From a virus: DNA of 64,000 nt. The stretch's first letter is position 1; every line of letters begins with the position of its first letter. The stretch spans positions 1 through 64,000 of IMG/VR virus record IMGVR_UViG_3300030333_008604; one strand, 5' to 3'. The notes below the pieces were generated by a model that did not search any database, had not been told where the DNA came from, and saw only the letters and a program-made list of their open reading frames with translations. Below are positions 36,850 to 46,086 of this stretch, in pieces. The position numbers and the translations under genes are program-made.

Positions 36850-37715
36850 TGAGATTCATAACACAATTAAACCTAGGGCAGAACGGTCGCCTAGGAAATC
36901 AAATGTTTCAATACGCAGCAATGAAATGTCTTTCACTGCATAAGACTGTTCCTGTCCTTTTGCCGGCCGGCACACATAGGCTAAGAATTTTTAGAGTAAA
37001 TACTTACAACCTGCCGCCAAATGAGATAGTCAACATCTTTAATGAAAATCGTCCAATTGTTTACAATGAGCCACATTTTCATTATGATGAAAACTTTTTT
37101 AAGATTCCGGCGCACTTGCAGAATACAAATTTAAATGGTTTCTTCCAGTCGGAGAAATATTTTAAGGATATTGAGCACATTCTCAAGCGAGAGTTTCAAT
37201 TAGTTAACCACCGTATTGTTGATTCTGTCAAAGAAACAATAAAGAACTTAAAAGCTGATCATCCTGGAAAATCCGTTGTGGCCTACCACATTCGCCGCGG
37301 CGATAATGTTCCCGCAGAAGAAAACCAGGTCGGCGACGACGGCTCACAGTGGAGAACCAACAAACAAGATTACCACCCTCTCTTGAGTCAAGAATATATT
37401 GACCATTCATTGAATGAGTTTAAAGATGAAGTTAAGCTGGTGTTTTCTGATTCGCAAAAAGATATCGAGTGGTGCAAAGAAAACATGCAGGCAGAAAATA
37501 TTTATTTTGTTGGCGGCGCCGACGATGTTTATGATTTCGAGTTTATGAAGCAATGCGACCATAATGTTATTTCAAATAGTAGCTTTTCTTGGTGGGCAGC
37601 TTGGTTAAATGAAAACAGAGATAAGAGAGTTATCGCCCCTTCAAAATGGTTTGGAAAAGTTTATAAAGATCATGATACAAAAGACCTTCTCCCGGAGGCC
37701 TGGGAGACATTTTGA
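36849..37715 (+). CDS. GT11 (alpha-1,2-fucosyltransferase-like) glycosyltransferase
   Basis: GRLGNQMFQYA, GFFQSEKYF, HIRRGD, SNSSFSWWAAWL. Confidence 0.92.
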   Translation: MRFITQLNLGQNGRLGNQMFQYAAMKCLSLHKTVPVLLPAGTHRLRIFRVNTYNLPPNEIVNIFNENRPIVYNEPHFHYDENFFKIPAHLQNTNLNGFFQSEKYFKDIEHILKREFQLVNHRIVDSVKETIKNLKADHPGKSVVAYHIRRGDNVPAEENQVGDDGSQWRTNKQDYHPLLSQEYIDHSLNEFKDEVKLVFSDSQKDIEWCKENMQAENIYFVGGADDVYDFEFMKQCDHNVISNSSFSWWAAWLNENRDKRVIAPSKWFGKVYKDHDTKDLLPEAWETF

Positions 37716-38554
37716 TAACTTACTTTAGGATTGGACAAAATGGTCGCTTGGGAAATCAGATGTTTCAATATGCCACGCTGCTGTCTGTTGCCCTAAAAAA
37801 CGATTATCAGCACGTTGTTCCAGCATCTTCTGTCGATAGAACATATTCAGCGTATTATAACGCATTAACTCAAAAAAGAGAGTTGAGCGGCTTCGAATTG
37901 TTTGATTGCTTTGAGATTGAATGTGATTTGGTTAACGATATAGAGCTAGCTCGCAATATACGTTTTTCTTATCAGGAGATTGGTAACGAGTTTTCGAATC
38001 AAGTCTTTAAAATACCTGATTTTTCTAACATAGACGGTTATTTTCAGTCAGAGAAATATTTTGCTGATCATGAGCTTGAGATAAGAAAACAGTTTGTATT
38101 TAAAGAGGAGATTCTTGATCCGGCGCGCGAGTATGTAAAGGCCTTACGAGGACAACCTTTGGTCTCTTTGCATGTGCGACGTGGTGATTATTTAGCTCTT
38201 CAGGCCGCTCATCCTCTTTGTACGATGGATTATTATCAAGCCGCTATTTCGGAAATAGAAGAAATTTTAGGTAATGTTAAAGTTTTAGTTATTTCAGATG
38301 ATATTCAGTGGTGCAAGCAAAATTTTATTGGAGAAAAGTACATTTTTTCTGAAAATTGCAACGACAAGGAAGACCTAGCAAGGATGTCCTTGTGCAACCA
38401 TAATATAATTGCAAACAGTTCTTTTAGCTGGTGGGGTGCTTGGTTAAATAATCACAAAAACAAGCTTGTGTACGCTCCTAAAAACTGGTTTGGTCCTAAA
38501 TTTGCAAATCATTCTTTAAAAGATTTATTTCCAAAAACATGGAGAGTTTTATGA
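37712..38554 (+). CDS. Second GT11 glycosyltransferase
   Basis: GRLGNQMFQYA, GYFQSEKYF, HVRRGDY, ANSSFSWWGAWL; TTG start. Confidence 0.92.
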   Translation: MITYFRIGQNGRLGNQMFQYATLLSVALKNDYQHVVPASSVDRTYSAYYNALTQKRELSGFELFDCFEIECDLVNDIELARNIRFSYQEIGNEFSNQVFKIPDFSNIDGYFQSEKYFADHELEIRKQFVFKEEILDPAREYVKALRGQPLVSLHVRRGDYLALQAAHPLCTMDYYQAAISEIEEILGNVKVLVISDDIQWCKQNFIGEKYIFSENCNDKEDLARMSLCNHNIIANSSFSWWGAWLNNHKNKLVYAPKNWFGPKFANHSLKDLFPKTWRVL

Positions 38555-39651
38555 AAAATCTATCAGTTGTGGGTATCGGACGCTTGGGTTTGTGTTTCGC
38601 ACTTACTTTGGAAAAAGCTGGATTTAACGTTGTCGGTGTCGATATTGATGAGCAATATGTAAACTTGATTAACGAAAAAATGCTAACTTCGCCTGAACCG
38701 GATGTTGAAAAATTCTTAAAAGAAAGTAGCAACTTTGTCGCGACGACAAGCTTGGTCTCAGCGCTTGATCATTCCGATTTTATATATGTTGTGGTCGCGA
38801 CGCCCTCTCTGCAAGATGGACATTATGACCATTCTCAGATAGATAATTTAGTTGAAAAAATACAGGTCCTCGGCCCTAGAAAAAATACAAAAAACCTTGT
38901 TATTTGCTGTACAACGATGCCAGAATACTGTGATCAAGTTGCAGATAAGTTGAAAAATTATGACTATACTGTTAGCTACAACCCAGAGTTTATAGCTCAA
39001 GGTACAATATTGCGAGATCAAGCGTCTCCTGATATGGTTTTGATTGGTGAGGCCAACGAAGAAGTAGGAAAAGAAATCGCAAGTCATTATATTCAGATGA
39101 CCAACAACGTACCAAAAATTTGTAGAATGAGTCGCACCGAGGCTGAAATAACCAAGATATCCTTAAACTCATTTTTGACAACAAAGATCACTTTTGCGAA
39201 CATGGTGGGTGACGTAGTGAAGCGTGCAGGCTATGAGCCTGATCGTGTCTTGGCTGCAATCGGTTCAGACAGTCGAGTTGGTAATAAATATTTGCGCCAT
39301 GGCTATGGTTATGGTGGCCCATGCTTCCCACGCGACAATCGCGCTTTTTCTGCGTATGCCAAGTCGCGATATATTTTTCCTTTGCTTCCATCGGCTGTTG
39401 ACGATTACAATAGTTTGCATCTTACGTACCAAGTTGAAGATTTTGCAGAAAAAAATTCTAAAGATGAGCCGGTAGTACTAACACAACTAGCCTATAAGCC
39501 TGGCACTACAATTCTTGAAGAGTCTCAACAATTAAGATTTGCTGTCCATTTGGCGCGCCGTGGCTATAATGTTATTATTAGAGAAGATCCGCGAGTAATA
39601 GAAAAGATCAAGAATGTGCACGGGATGCTTTTTGAATACGAGGAACGATAA
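38551..39651 (+). CDS. UDP-glucose/GDP-mannose dehydrogenase family protein
   Basis: VVGIGRLG, YNPEFIAQG, EITKISLNSFL, YGGPCFPRD. Confidence 0.9.
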   Translation: MKNLSVVGIGRLGLCFALTLEKAGFNVVGVDIDEQYVNLINEKMLTSPEPDVEKFLKESSNFVATTSLVSALDHSDFIYVVVATPSLQDGHYDHSQIDNLVEKIQVLGPRKNTKNLVICCTTMPEYCDQVADKLKNYDYTVSYNPEFIAQGTILRDQASPDMVLIGEANEEVGKEIASHYIQMTNNVPKICRMSRTEAEITKISLNSFLTTKITFANMVGDVVKRAGYEPDRVLAAIGSDSRVGNKYLRHGYGYGGPCFPRDNRAFSAYAKSRYIFPLLPSAVDDYNSLHLTYQVEDFAEKNSKDEPVVLTQLAYKPGTTILEESQQLRFAVHLARRGYNVIIREDPRVIEKIKNVHGMLFEYEER

Positions 39652-40427
39652 TGATTAGCGAGAAAATTATCTTTATTACAGAGTGGCTAAAACAGCAAGT
39701 CAAAGGGGCGGGATGTCAAGGATTTGTTGTTGGCGTCTCGGGCGGCGTAGACTCAGCAGTGGCCTCTACTTTGGCCTCATTAACAACTTTTCCTGTAGCG
39801 GTTGTTAGTTTGCCAATAAATCAAGACTCGGCACAACTGAAGAGAGCACAAGGGCACATAGAGCATTTAAAAGAAAAATTTGTTAATGTAAAATCTTTTG
39901 AAGTTGATCTAAGCAATGTGAGTTCTGCATTCGAGGCCTCGCTGCCGTCCGCTGCAGGCTCAGACCTTGCAAAGGCTAATCTCAAGTCCAGGCTCAGAAT
40001 GTGTGCTCTATATGCCTTTGCTAATTCTAATAATTTTTTGGTTGTCGGAACAGGTAACAAAGTAGAAGACTATGGAATAGGTTTTTTTACAAAATATGGC
40101 GACGGTGGTGTGGATCTTTGTCCGATTGCAGATTTATTAAAATCAGAAGTCTATGAGCTTGCTCGAACGCTTGAAGTGAGCGAAGAAATTTTAAGAGCAG
40201 CCCCCGTCGACGGCTTATGGGGGGACAATCGCACGGACGAAAGTCAAATTGGTGCTTCCTATGAGGAACTTGAGTGGGCTATGAACTTTGTTTCTAGTGC
40301 TCAAAACCGGCAAGGCTTGACTAAAAGACAACGCGACGTCCTGGAAATCTATAAATTTAGACATGTGCGAGCTGCGCACAAATTGAAGGCACCTCCCGTG
40401 TGTCACGTACCTTCGGAGTTTTCCTAG
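39651..40427 (+). CDS. nadE: NH3-dependent NAD+ synthetase
   Basis: VGVSGGVDS, NLKSRLRM, GTGNKVE, GFFTKYGDGGVD, PIADLLKSEV, TDESQIG. Confidence 0.93.
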   Translation: MISEKIIFITEWLKQQVKGAGCQGFVVGVSGGVDSAVASTLASLTTFPVAVVSLPINQDSAQLKRAQGHIEHLKEKFVNVKSFEVDLSNVSSAFEASLPSAAGSDLAKANLKSRLRMCALYAFANSNNFLVVGTGNKVEDYGIGFFTKYGDGGVDLCPIADLLKSEVYELARTLEVSEEILRAAPVDGLWGDNRTDESQIGASYEELEWAMNFVSSAQNRQGLTKRQRDVLEIYKFRHVRAAHKLKAPPVCHVPSEFS

Positions 40428-41113
40428 TGTCTGGCTTTCATTTTGTTACATTTGCCGATAAAAAATACAAACTTCAGCAATTTAATTTATGTCTTTACGC
40501 AAAGGAGTTGAATCAGTTTGAGACTGTTTCTGATTATTCAAAAGAGAGTGACTTGATAAAGACTAGTTTTTATAACGAAAACAAAGAAATATTTGATCAA
40601 GAGAGGGGTTGTGGATATTGGCTTTGGAAGCCATTCTATATTTTAAAAAAACTAGAAGAGATTGATGATGGCGATATAGTTTTTTATGCTGACTGTGCTG
40701 ATGTTTTTATGCCGCAGCTTATACCTTTTTTAAGGGGAGAATTCGATACTTGTGATGTAATCTTGCTTCAAGGCGCCTATAAAAATAAAGATTGGACTAA
40801 GAGGGATTGTTTTGTGATGATGGACTGCGATAGCGAAGAATACTGGGACCACAATCAACTCGAAGCTGGTATTGGTTTTTTTAAAAAGACAGCAAAAACA
40901 ATAGAAGTTGTCAATGAGTGGCTTGAGTATTGCAAAAATCCGCATATTTTAACTGATGCACCAAACCAATCCGGATATCATAATTTTCCAAGCTTTCAAG
41001 ATCATCGTCATGATCAAAGCATTTTGACAAATATCGCGATTAAGCATAATTTAAGAATAGAAAATGAACTGATAAGGCAGTTTATAAACTGTAACGTTAA
41101 CGAGGCATTATGA
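40427..41113 (+). CDS. GT-A-like glycosyltransferase (HRHDQS type)
   Basis: GYWLWKP, FYADC, WTKRDCF, DHRHDQSILT; GTG 40427 with GGAG SD. Confidence 0.7.
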   Translation: MSGFHFVTFADKKYKLQQFNLCLYAKELNQFETVSDYSKESDLIKTSFYNENKEIFDQERGCGYWLWKPFYILKKLEEIDDGDIVFYADCADVFMPQLIPFLRGEFDTCDVILLQGAYKNKDWTKRDCFVMMDCDSEEYWDHNQLEAGIGFFKKTAKTIEVVNEWLEYCKNPHILTDAPNQSGYHNFPSFQDHRHDQSILTNIAIKHNLRIENELIRQFINCNVNEAL

Positions 41114-41934
41114 AGAATGATATTAGTGTTGTGCTAACTGTCCACAACAAAGCTTGGCTTGTAGATAAAGTTATTGATAGTATTATTGTCAATACGGCAG
41201 CTAACTTAGAGTTAAATATTGTTATAGACGGTTGTACTGACAACTCTGAAGAAGTGATATCTGATACTTTAAAAAAATACCCTGGCACCCGAACGAATAT
41301 TTTTCACACACCCGATGTTTTTGAGACCAAGGCAAATAATGTGGGCTTAAAGGCTTCTAGTTCTGAATATGCGGTGATCATTCAAGATGACATGATCATC
41401 AATGAATTTGCATGGGACCAGAGATTAGTAAGGCCAGTTTTAGAATACTCAGATGTCTTCGCTGTGACGGCCCGCACCGCCCATAACTGGATTTACAATC
41501 CAAATTCTGTTCATGAGCATATGAAGGAAGACTTAGATGACTGTTGGTGCGATATACTAATTCACACAGAGCATGCTGAGAAGGGAAAGATCTCTAGAGA
41601 TACGTTCGCTATCAGAGACTCAGTTAATCGTGGCCCCTTGCTTATCAAGAAAGAAGTACTAGAAAAATTGAATTACTTAGACGAGATCTACGCTCCTCTT
41701 GAATTCGATGAACATGATCTTTGTCATCGCGCATATAGAGACCTCGGCCTTCTCGCCGGATGTTATTGGGTTGACATCGTGTCAGAGCCTCACTGGGGCT
41801 CATTACGCTGCAATAATGGCGGCTCACCTCCTTGGCACTTGAAGGCTCATCATAAAAATTCTAAAATTTTCTGGAATAGGCACAAAGATTTAATTATTGG
41901 GCCGAAACATAACGAAAATAGGACACTCAAATGA
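41110..41934 (+). CDS. Glycosyltransferase, GT2 family
   Basis: ISVVLTVHN, VIDGCTDNS, IIQDD, DEHDLCHRA. Confidence 0.88.
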   Translation: MKNDISVVLTVHNKAWLVDKVIDSIIVNTAANLELNIVIDGCTDNSEEVISDTLKKYPGTRTNIFHTPDVFETKANNVGLKASSSEYAVIIQDDMIINEFAWDQRLVRPVLEYSDVFAVTARTAHNWIYNPNSVHEHMKEDLDDCWCDILIHTEHAEKGKISRDTFAIRDSVNRGPLLIKKEVLEKLNYLDEIYAPLEFDEHDLCHRAYRDLGLLAGCYWVDIVSEPHWGSLRCNNGGSPPWHLKAHHKNSKIFWNRHKDLIIGPKHNENRTLK

Positions 41935-42572
41935 GTTTTGTAGAGTTGTTTAGAAAAGAATATTATAGAAAACTTTTGTCGCCTCATGGAAGCAATCCAA
42001 TAAGAAACAGAGCAGATCCTTTTTTGAAAGTGTTCGAGCTTCTAGAAGACAGAAAACTTTCCGGACAAGATTATTTTCATATTGTGGAAACTGGCACGTC
42101 TCGCCTCGATCATGGATATATGTGTTTTGGCGATGATGGCTGTGCAACACACATTTTTGATAAATTTGTTAACTTTTATGACGGAGAAGTGCTTTCCGTT
42201 GACATTAAGCAAGAGAACTGTGACTTTTCTAATTCTATAACTTCCCCAAAAACACGTGTCACTTGTAGCGATTCAGTAAAATTTCTCTGGTCTTTGCCTG
42301 AAAATTACAAAATTGACTTTCTTTACCTTGATTCTTATGACATTGAGAGAGAAAACCCGCATCCGTCACAGTTACATCACGTAAAAGAGTTGTGCGCCGC
42401 GATGAAAAATCTAAAAAAAGACACAATTATTGTTGTTGATGACCATGATGGGTTCTTTACTGGCGGAAAAATAGGCAAAGGCACATATGTCAAGCAATTT
42501 ATGAGCGACATTGATGCAGAATTGTTGTTCGAGGGCTACCAAATAGGGTGGATCCTCGGCGAAGGTAAGTAA
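41931..42572 (+). CDS. Class I SAM-dependent methyltransferase
   Basis: IVETGTSR, SVDI, SDSVKFL, IDFLYLDSYD, IVVDD. Confidence 0.8.
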   Translation: MSFVELFRKEYYRKLLSPHGSNPIRNRADPFLKVFELLEDRKLSGQDYFHIVETGTSRLDHGYMCFGDDGCATHIFDKFVNFYDGEVLSVDIKQENCDFSNSITSPKTRVTCSDSVKFLWSLPENYKIDFLYLDSYDIERENPHPSQLHHVKELCAAMKNLKKDTIIVVDDHDGFFTGGKIGKGTYVKQFMSDIDAELLFEGYQIGWILGEGK

Positions 42573-42573
42573 A

Positions 42574-43329
42574 ATGTCCGATGATGTCATTCTAGCAGCT
42601 TATCATGGCGGCTTAGGCGACAATTTACAGTTTTCGACTCTGCCAGAAATGTTTTCTAAGGCTGGAAAGAAGGTTTATATCTGGTCCCGGGCGTATTTTA
42701 GGAATAGAGAGATATATGACTTGGTTTGGGGAGCGAATCCTTACATTCTTGGGGTCAAAGATGGCGCCTGGACCGCAGGAGACACGCCAGAGATAGGGCA
42801 CAGGGCTGTTAACACTCAGTGTATCGCTAATTGGGAGGCCTTACATGGCCTTGAGCCGACAAATGTATATCCAAAAGTTTATTATGAGCCAAATTTAATC
42901 TCCGGGCTTGAGAACACAATCTTAATCGACGTTAGTTCAATAACCCGGGCTTATGATCAAACTAAAATCAACCTTGCCATGGCTAAAATCAGAGACTTAA
43001 ACCCAAAAAAAACATTTTCTTTTGTTAAATTTGCACAAAATATCAATCCTCCGGTTGGGTTTTCTATTGCGCACAACGGAGTCCATAGAAAATATGCCGC
43101 CGATACAGAAAAAGACATTAAAATAGACAACATATTTCAATATTGTGATCTTATACGATCGTGTTGCGGGATTGTTGCCCTTCACAGCGGCGCTAGCCAT
43201 CTCAGTTCTGCCCTAAAGGCTTACAACCCGGAACTAAAAAGCTATTGCATAATAGATAAAGACGTCTATACCTATCATAAGGACAAGGCATTGTTTATAT
43301 TTGACAATGTCGAATATGTTGTTATATAA
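42574..43329 (+). CDS. GT-B glycosyltransferase-like protein (GT9/heptosyltransferase-like)
   Basis: GGLGDNLQFSTLP, NPYI, HSGASHLSSAL. Confidence 0.6.
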   Translation: MSDDVILAAYHGGLGDNLQFSTLPEMFSKAGKKVYIWSRAYFRNREIYDLVWGANPYILGVKDGAWTAGDTPEIGHRAVNTQCIANWEALHGLEPTNVYPKVYYEPNLISGLENTILIDVSSITRAYDQTKINLAMAKIRDLNPKKTFSFVKFAQNINPPVGFSIAHNGVHRKYAADTEKDIKIDNIFQYCDLIRSCCGIVALHSGASHLSSALKAYNPELKSYCIIDKDVYTYHKDKALFIFDNVEYVVI

Positions 43330-43718
43330 TGAAGAGGATCTTTACTAATGGCTGTTTCGATATTCTTCACCGTGGACATGTCGAGCTTTTAAAATACTGC
43401 AAAAGCATGGGCTACGTGATTGTTGGACTCAATGATGACTCTAGCGTGAAGGAGAATAAAGGCCTATCACGTCCGTTCAACAATCAATATGATCGAAAAT
43501 TCTTACTTGAGAGTCTAGAATGCGTCGACGAGGTGCTGTTCTTTTCTGAAAAAACTCCCTATAACTTAATAAAGAGCCTGAAACCAGATATAATTGTTAA
43601 GGGTGGAGACTATACAGCTGATGAAGTTGTTGGTCGCGACCTCGCAGAAGTAAAAATATTTAAATTTATAGATGAATACTCGACAACAAAGACAATTAAA
43701 GATCTTGCTTCTAGGTGA
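43329..43718 (+). CDS. hldC: Heptose-1-phosphate adenylyltransferase-like (RfaE domain II)
   Basis: FTNGCFDILHRGH, VGLNDDSSV, KPDIIVKGGDY, YSTT. Confidence 0.88.
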   Translation: MKRIFTNGCFDILHRGHVELLKYCKSMGYVIVGLNDDSSVKENKGLSRPFNNQYDRKFLLESLECVDEVLFFSEKTPYNLIKSLKPDIIVKGGDYTADEVVGRDLAEVKIFKFIDEYSTTKTIKDLASR

Positions 43719-44472
43719 CGCGTGCACTGACGTTTATCATTACGGCTCTTGTGAGAGAATTAGCCCCGAAGCACCGGTGCCAGTCTTTGAGCACGAATAT
43801 TCCATAGAAAAGCCTGGAATGGCGCTAAATGTAGAACAAAACTTTAAGGGTCTTGGCTGCAGCGTCGACTCTTTTTTTAATTCTCATGACCTTTTTAAAG
43901 AAAGGTTCATTGACAGCAAGAGCAAATACCAACTTTTTCGATTTGACAAGGGTGAAACCTTGATTACGTATCCGGATTTGAGCAAAATTAACAAGCTAAA
44001 TACGGAATATGACGCCATTGTTGTGTCGGATTACTGCAAGGGGTTCGTTACTGATGAGCTAGTTTCCCTTCTCAGGCAAAAATTTAAAAATTGTCTAAAG
44101 TTTGTTGATACTAAGAGGCGCGATATGTCTATTTACGATGATTTTTTTATTAAAATAAACAAACACGAGCGCGAACAAGCATATAAGTTTCCAAATTTGA
44201 ACAATTCACAATTAATAGTTACTCTTGGTGAAGAAGGTGCGTTATGGAATGAGCAAATTTTCCCCGCAGTAGAGAGAAAAGAAGTGTTTGACGTCACCGG
44301 CGCCGGCGATACATTTTTGGCAGCCGTTGTTTATGGCTATATTCTGTCAAAAGACATGGAAAAAGCTATAAAATTTGCTAATCACTGCGCATCTGTTACT
44401 GTTTCTAGGGTTGGAACACACGCTTTGGAGAAGAAAGATTATGAAAAAGTACAAAAAAGTCTATGTTTTTGA
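43672..44472 (+). CDS. hldA: Heptose-7-phosphate kinase-like (RfaE domain I, PfkB family)
   Basis: RISPEAPVPV, SDYCKG, VTLGEEG, DVTGAGDTF. Confidence 0.88.
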   Translation: MNTRQQRQLKILLLGDACTDVYHYGSCERISPEAPVPVFEHEYSIEKPGMALNVEQNFKGLGCSVDSFFNSHDLFKERFIDSKSKYQLFRFDKGETLITYPDLSKINKLNTEYDAIVVSDYCKGFVTDELVSLLRQKFKNCLKFVDTKRRDMSIYDDFFIKINKHEREQAYKFPNLNNSQLIVTLGEEGALWNEQIFPAVERKEVFDVTGAGDTFLAAVVYGYILSKDMEKAIKFANHCASVTVSRVGTHALEKKDYEKVQKSLCF

Positions 44473-44776
44473 TATAGATGGGACAATTTGCACCTTGACT
44501 GACGGAGACTATGCCAAAAGTGAGCCAATACAGTCAAGAATCGATACAGTAAATCGACTTTACGCAGAAAATAACAAAATTGTATTTCAAACAGCAAGAG
44601 GAATGGGCAGAACTCAAAATAATTCTGAATTAGCTATTAAAATGTTTCATGATTTCACGTATAATCAACTTAAAAGTTGGGGTGTGAACTTTCATGAGCT
44701 TTTTTTAGGCAAGCCCGCAGGAGATATATATGTCGATGACAAATCCTTCAATGACAGAGACTTCTTTACCGATTAA
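44441..44776 (+). CDS. HAD-family phosphatase (capsule-biosynthesis phosphatase-like)
   Basis: VFDIDGTIC, FQTARGM, GKPAGDIYVDDK. Confidence 0.85.
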   Translation: MKKYKKVYVFDIDGTICTLTDGDYAKSEPIQSRIDTVNRLYAENNKIVFQTARGMGRTQNNSELAIKMFHDFTYNQLKSWGVNFHELFLGKPAGDIYVDDKSFNDRDFFTD

Positions 44777-45113
44777 ATTTGTTTCTAAAGGGTGGGGATT
44801 CGAAAAATGGATTGTTAATTGTGAAGAATATTGTGGAAAGCTTTTGTATTTTGCAAAAGGCAAGAAGTGTTCTTGGCACTTTCATAAGCTCAAAGATGAG
44901 GTTTTTTATATTCAATCCGGCAAAGTAAAGGTATTATATTCAGACAATGACGATATTGAGCAGGCAAATGCAGTCATCCTGGGCCCCGGAGATAATTTTC
45001 ATGTCTATAGAGGGCTTCGACATCGGGTAATTGCATTAGAAGATACTGAATTGTTTGAGTTTTCAACTCAACATTTTGATTCTGACAGCTATAGGATCAA
45101 AAAAGGAGATTAA
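44751..45113 (+). CDS. Cupin-fold sugar-phosphate isomerase-like protein
   Basis: VSKGWGFEKWI, YCGKLL, SWHFHKLKDEVF, HRVIA..D.ELFEFST. Confidence 0.8.
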   Translation: MTETSLPIKFVSKGWGFEKWIVNCEEYCGKLLYFAKGKKCSWHFHKLKDEVFYIQSGKVKVLYSDNDDIEQANAVILGPGDNFHVYRGLRHRVIALEDTELFEFSTQHFDSDSYRIKKGD

Positions 45114-45117
45114 AAGG

Positions 45118-46086
45118 GTGAAAAAGAGAATATTAGTTTGTGGTGCTGGCGGTTTTATCGGTGGCGCGATGGTAAAGAGGTTAAAATCAGAAGGCCACTG
45201 GGTTCGTGGCGTAGATATTAAGTATCATGAGTTTTTTGATATCATCGCGGCATGTGACGAGTTCGCTAGGGGCGATTTAAGGAACCCTGGAGTGTGTAAT
45301 AGTGTCGTAACTGAAGATATAGACGAGATTTACCAGTTTGCTGCAGACATGGGCGGCGCCGGGTACATCTTTACGGGAGAAAATGACGCAAACGTTATGC
45401 ATAATTCAGCCTTGATCAACCTTAATATAGCTGAACAGTGTGTACAAAAGGGAGTTAAGAAGATTTTCTATTCTTCTTCGGCTTGTATGTACCCAGAACA
45501 CAATCAAATGGATCCAAATAACCCCAATTGCGAAGAAAGTTCGGCATATCCAGCCGATCCAGATTCAGAATACGGCTGGGAAAAGCTTTTCAGCGAAAGA
45601 TTATACCTTGCTTTTCATAGAAACTATGGTCTTGACGTGCGAATTGCTAGATATCACAATATTTTTGGACCTGAAGGTACGTGGGATGGCGGAAAAGAAA
45701 AGGCTCCTGCTGCTTTTTGTAGAAAAGTTGCTGCTGCAACCGGCTCAACAATTGAGGTTTGGGGCGATGGCACACAGACAAGATCTTTTCTTTATATCGA
45801 CGAGTGCATTGAAGCCACCCGCCGATTGATGGACTCGGATTTTACTGGGCCGGTAAATATTGGCTCTGAGGAGATGATTTCTATCAACAAGTTTGCTCAA
45901 ATGGCCATCGACATCTCAGGAAAAGACCTAAAAATTAAAAACATTCCTGGTCCTTTGGGCGTAAAAGGCAGAAACTCTGACAATAAGCTTTATTATGAAA
46001 AAATTGGCTGGAAAGTCTCCCAGCCGCTTAGAACTGGAATGGAAAAAACGTTCGAGTGGATTAATAAGCAGGTCAACAAGGAATGA
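45118..46086 (+). CDS. GDP-mannose 3,5-epimerase-like extended SDR
   Basis: GAGGFIG, AADMGGAGYI, YSSSACMYP, YGWEKLFSE, GGKEKAPAAFCRK, GRNSDN; GTG with AAGGAG SD. Confidence 0.88.
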   Translation: MKKRILVCGAGGFIGGAMVKRLKSEGHWVRGVDIKYHEFFDIIAACDEFARGDLRNPGVCNSVVTEDIDEIYQFAADMGGAGYIFTGENDANVMHNSALINLNIAEQCVQKGVKKIFYSSSACMYPEHNQMDPNNPNCEESSAYPADPDSEYGWEKLFSERLYLAFHRNYGLDVRIARYHNIFGPEGTWDGGKEKAPAAFCRKVAAATGSTIEVWGDGTQTRSFLYIDECIEATRRLMDSDFTGPVNIGSEEMISINKFAQMAIDISGKDLKIKNIPGPLGVKGRNSDNKLYYEKIGWKVSQPLRTGMEKTFEWINKQVNKE

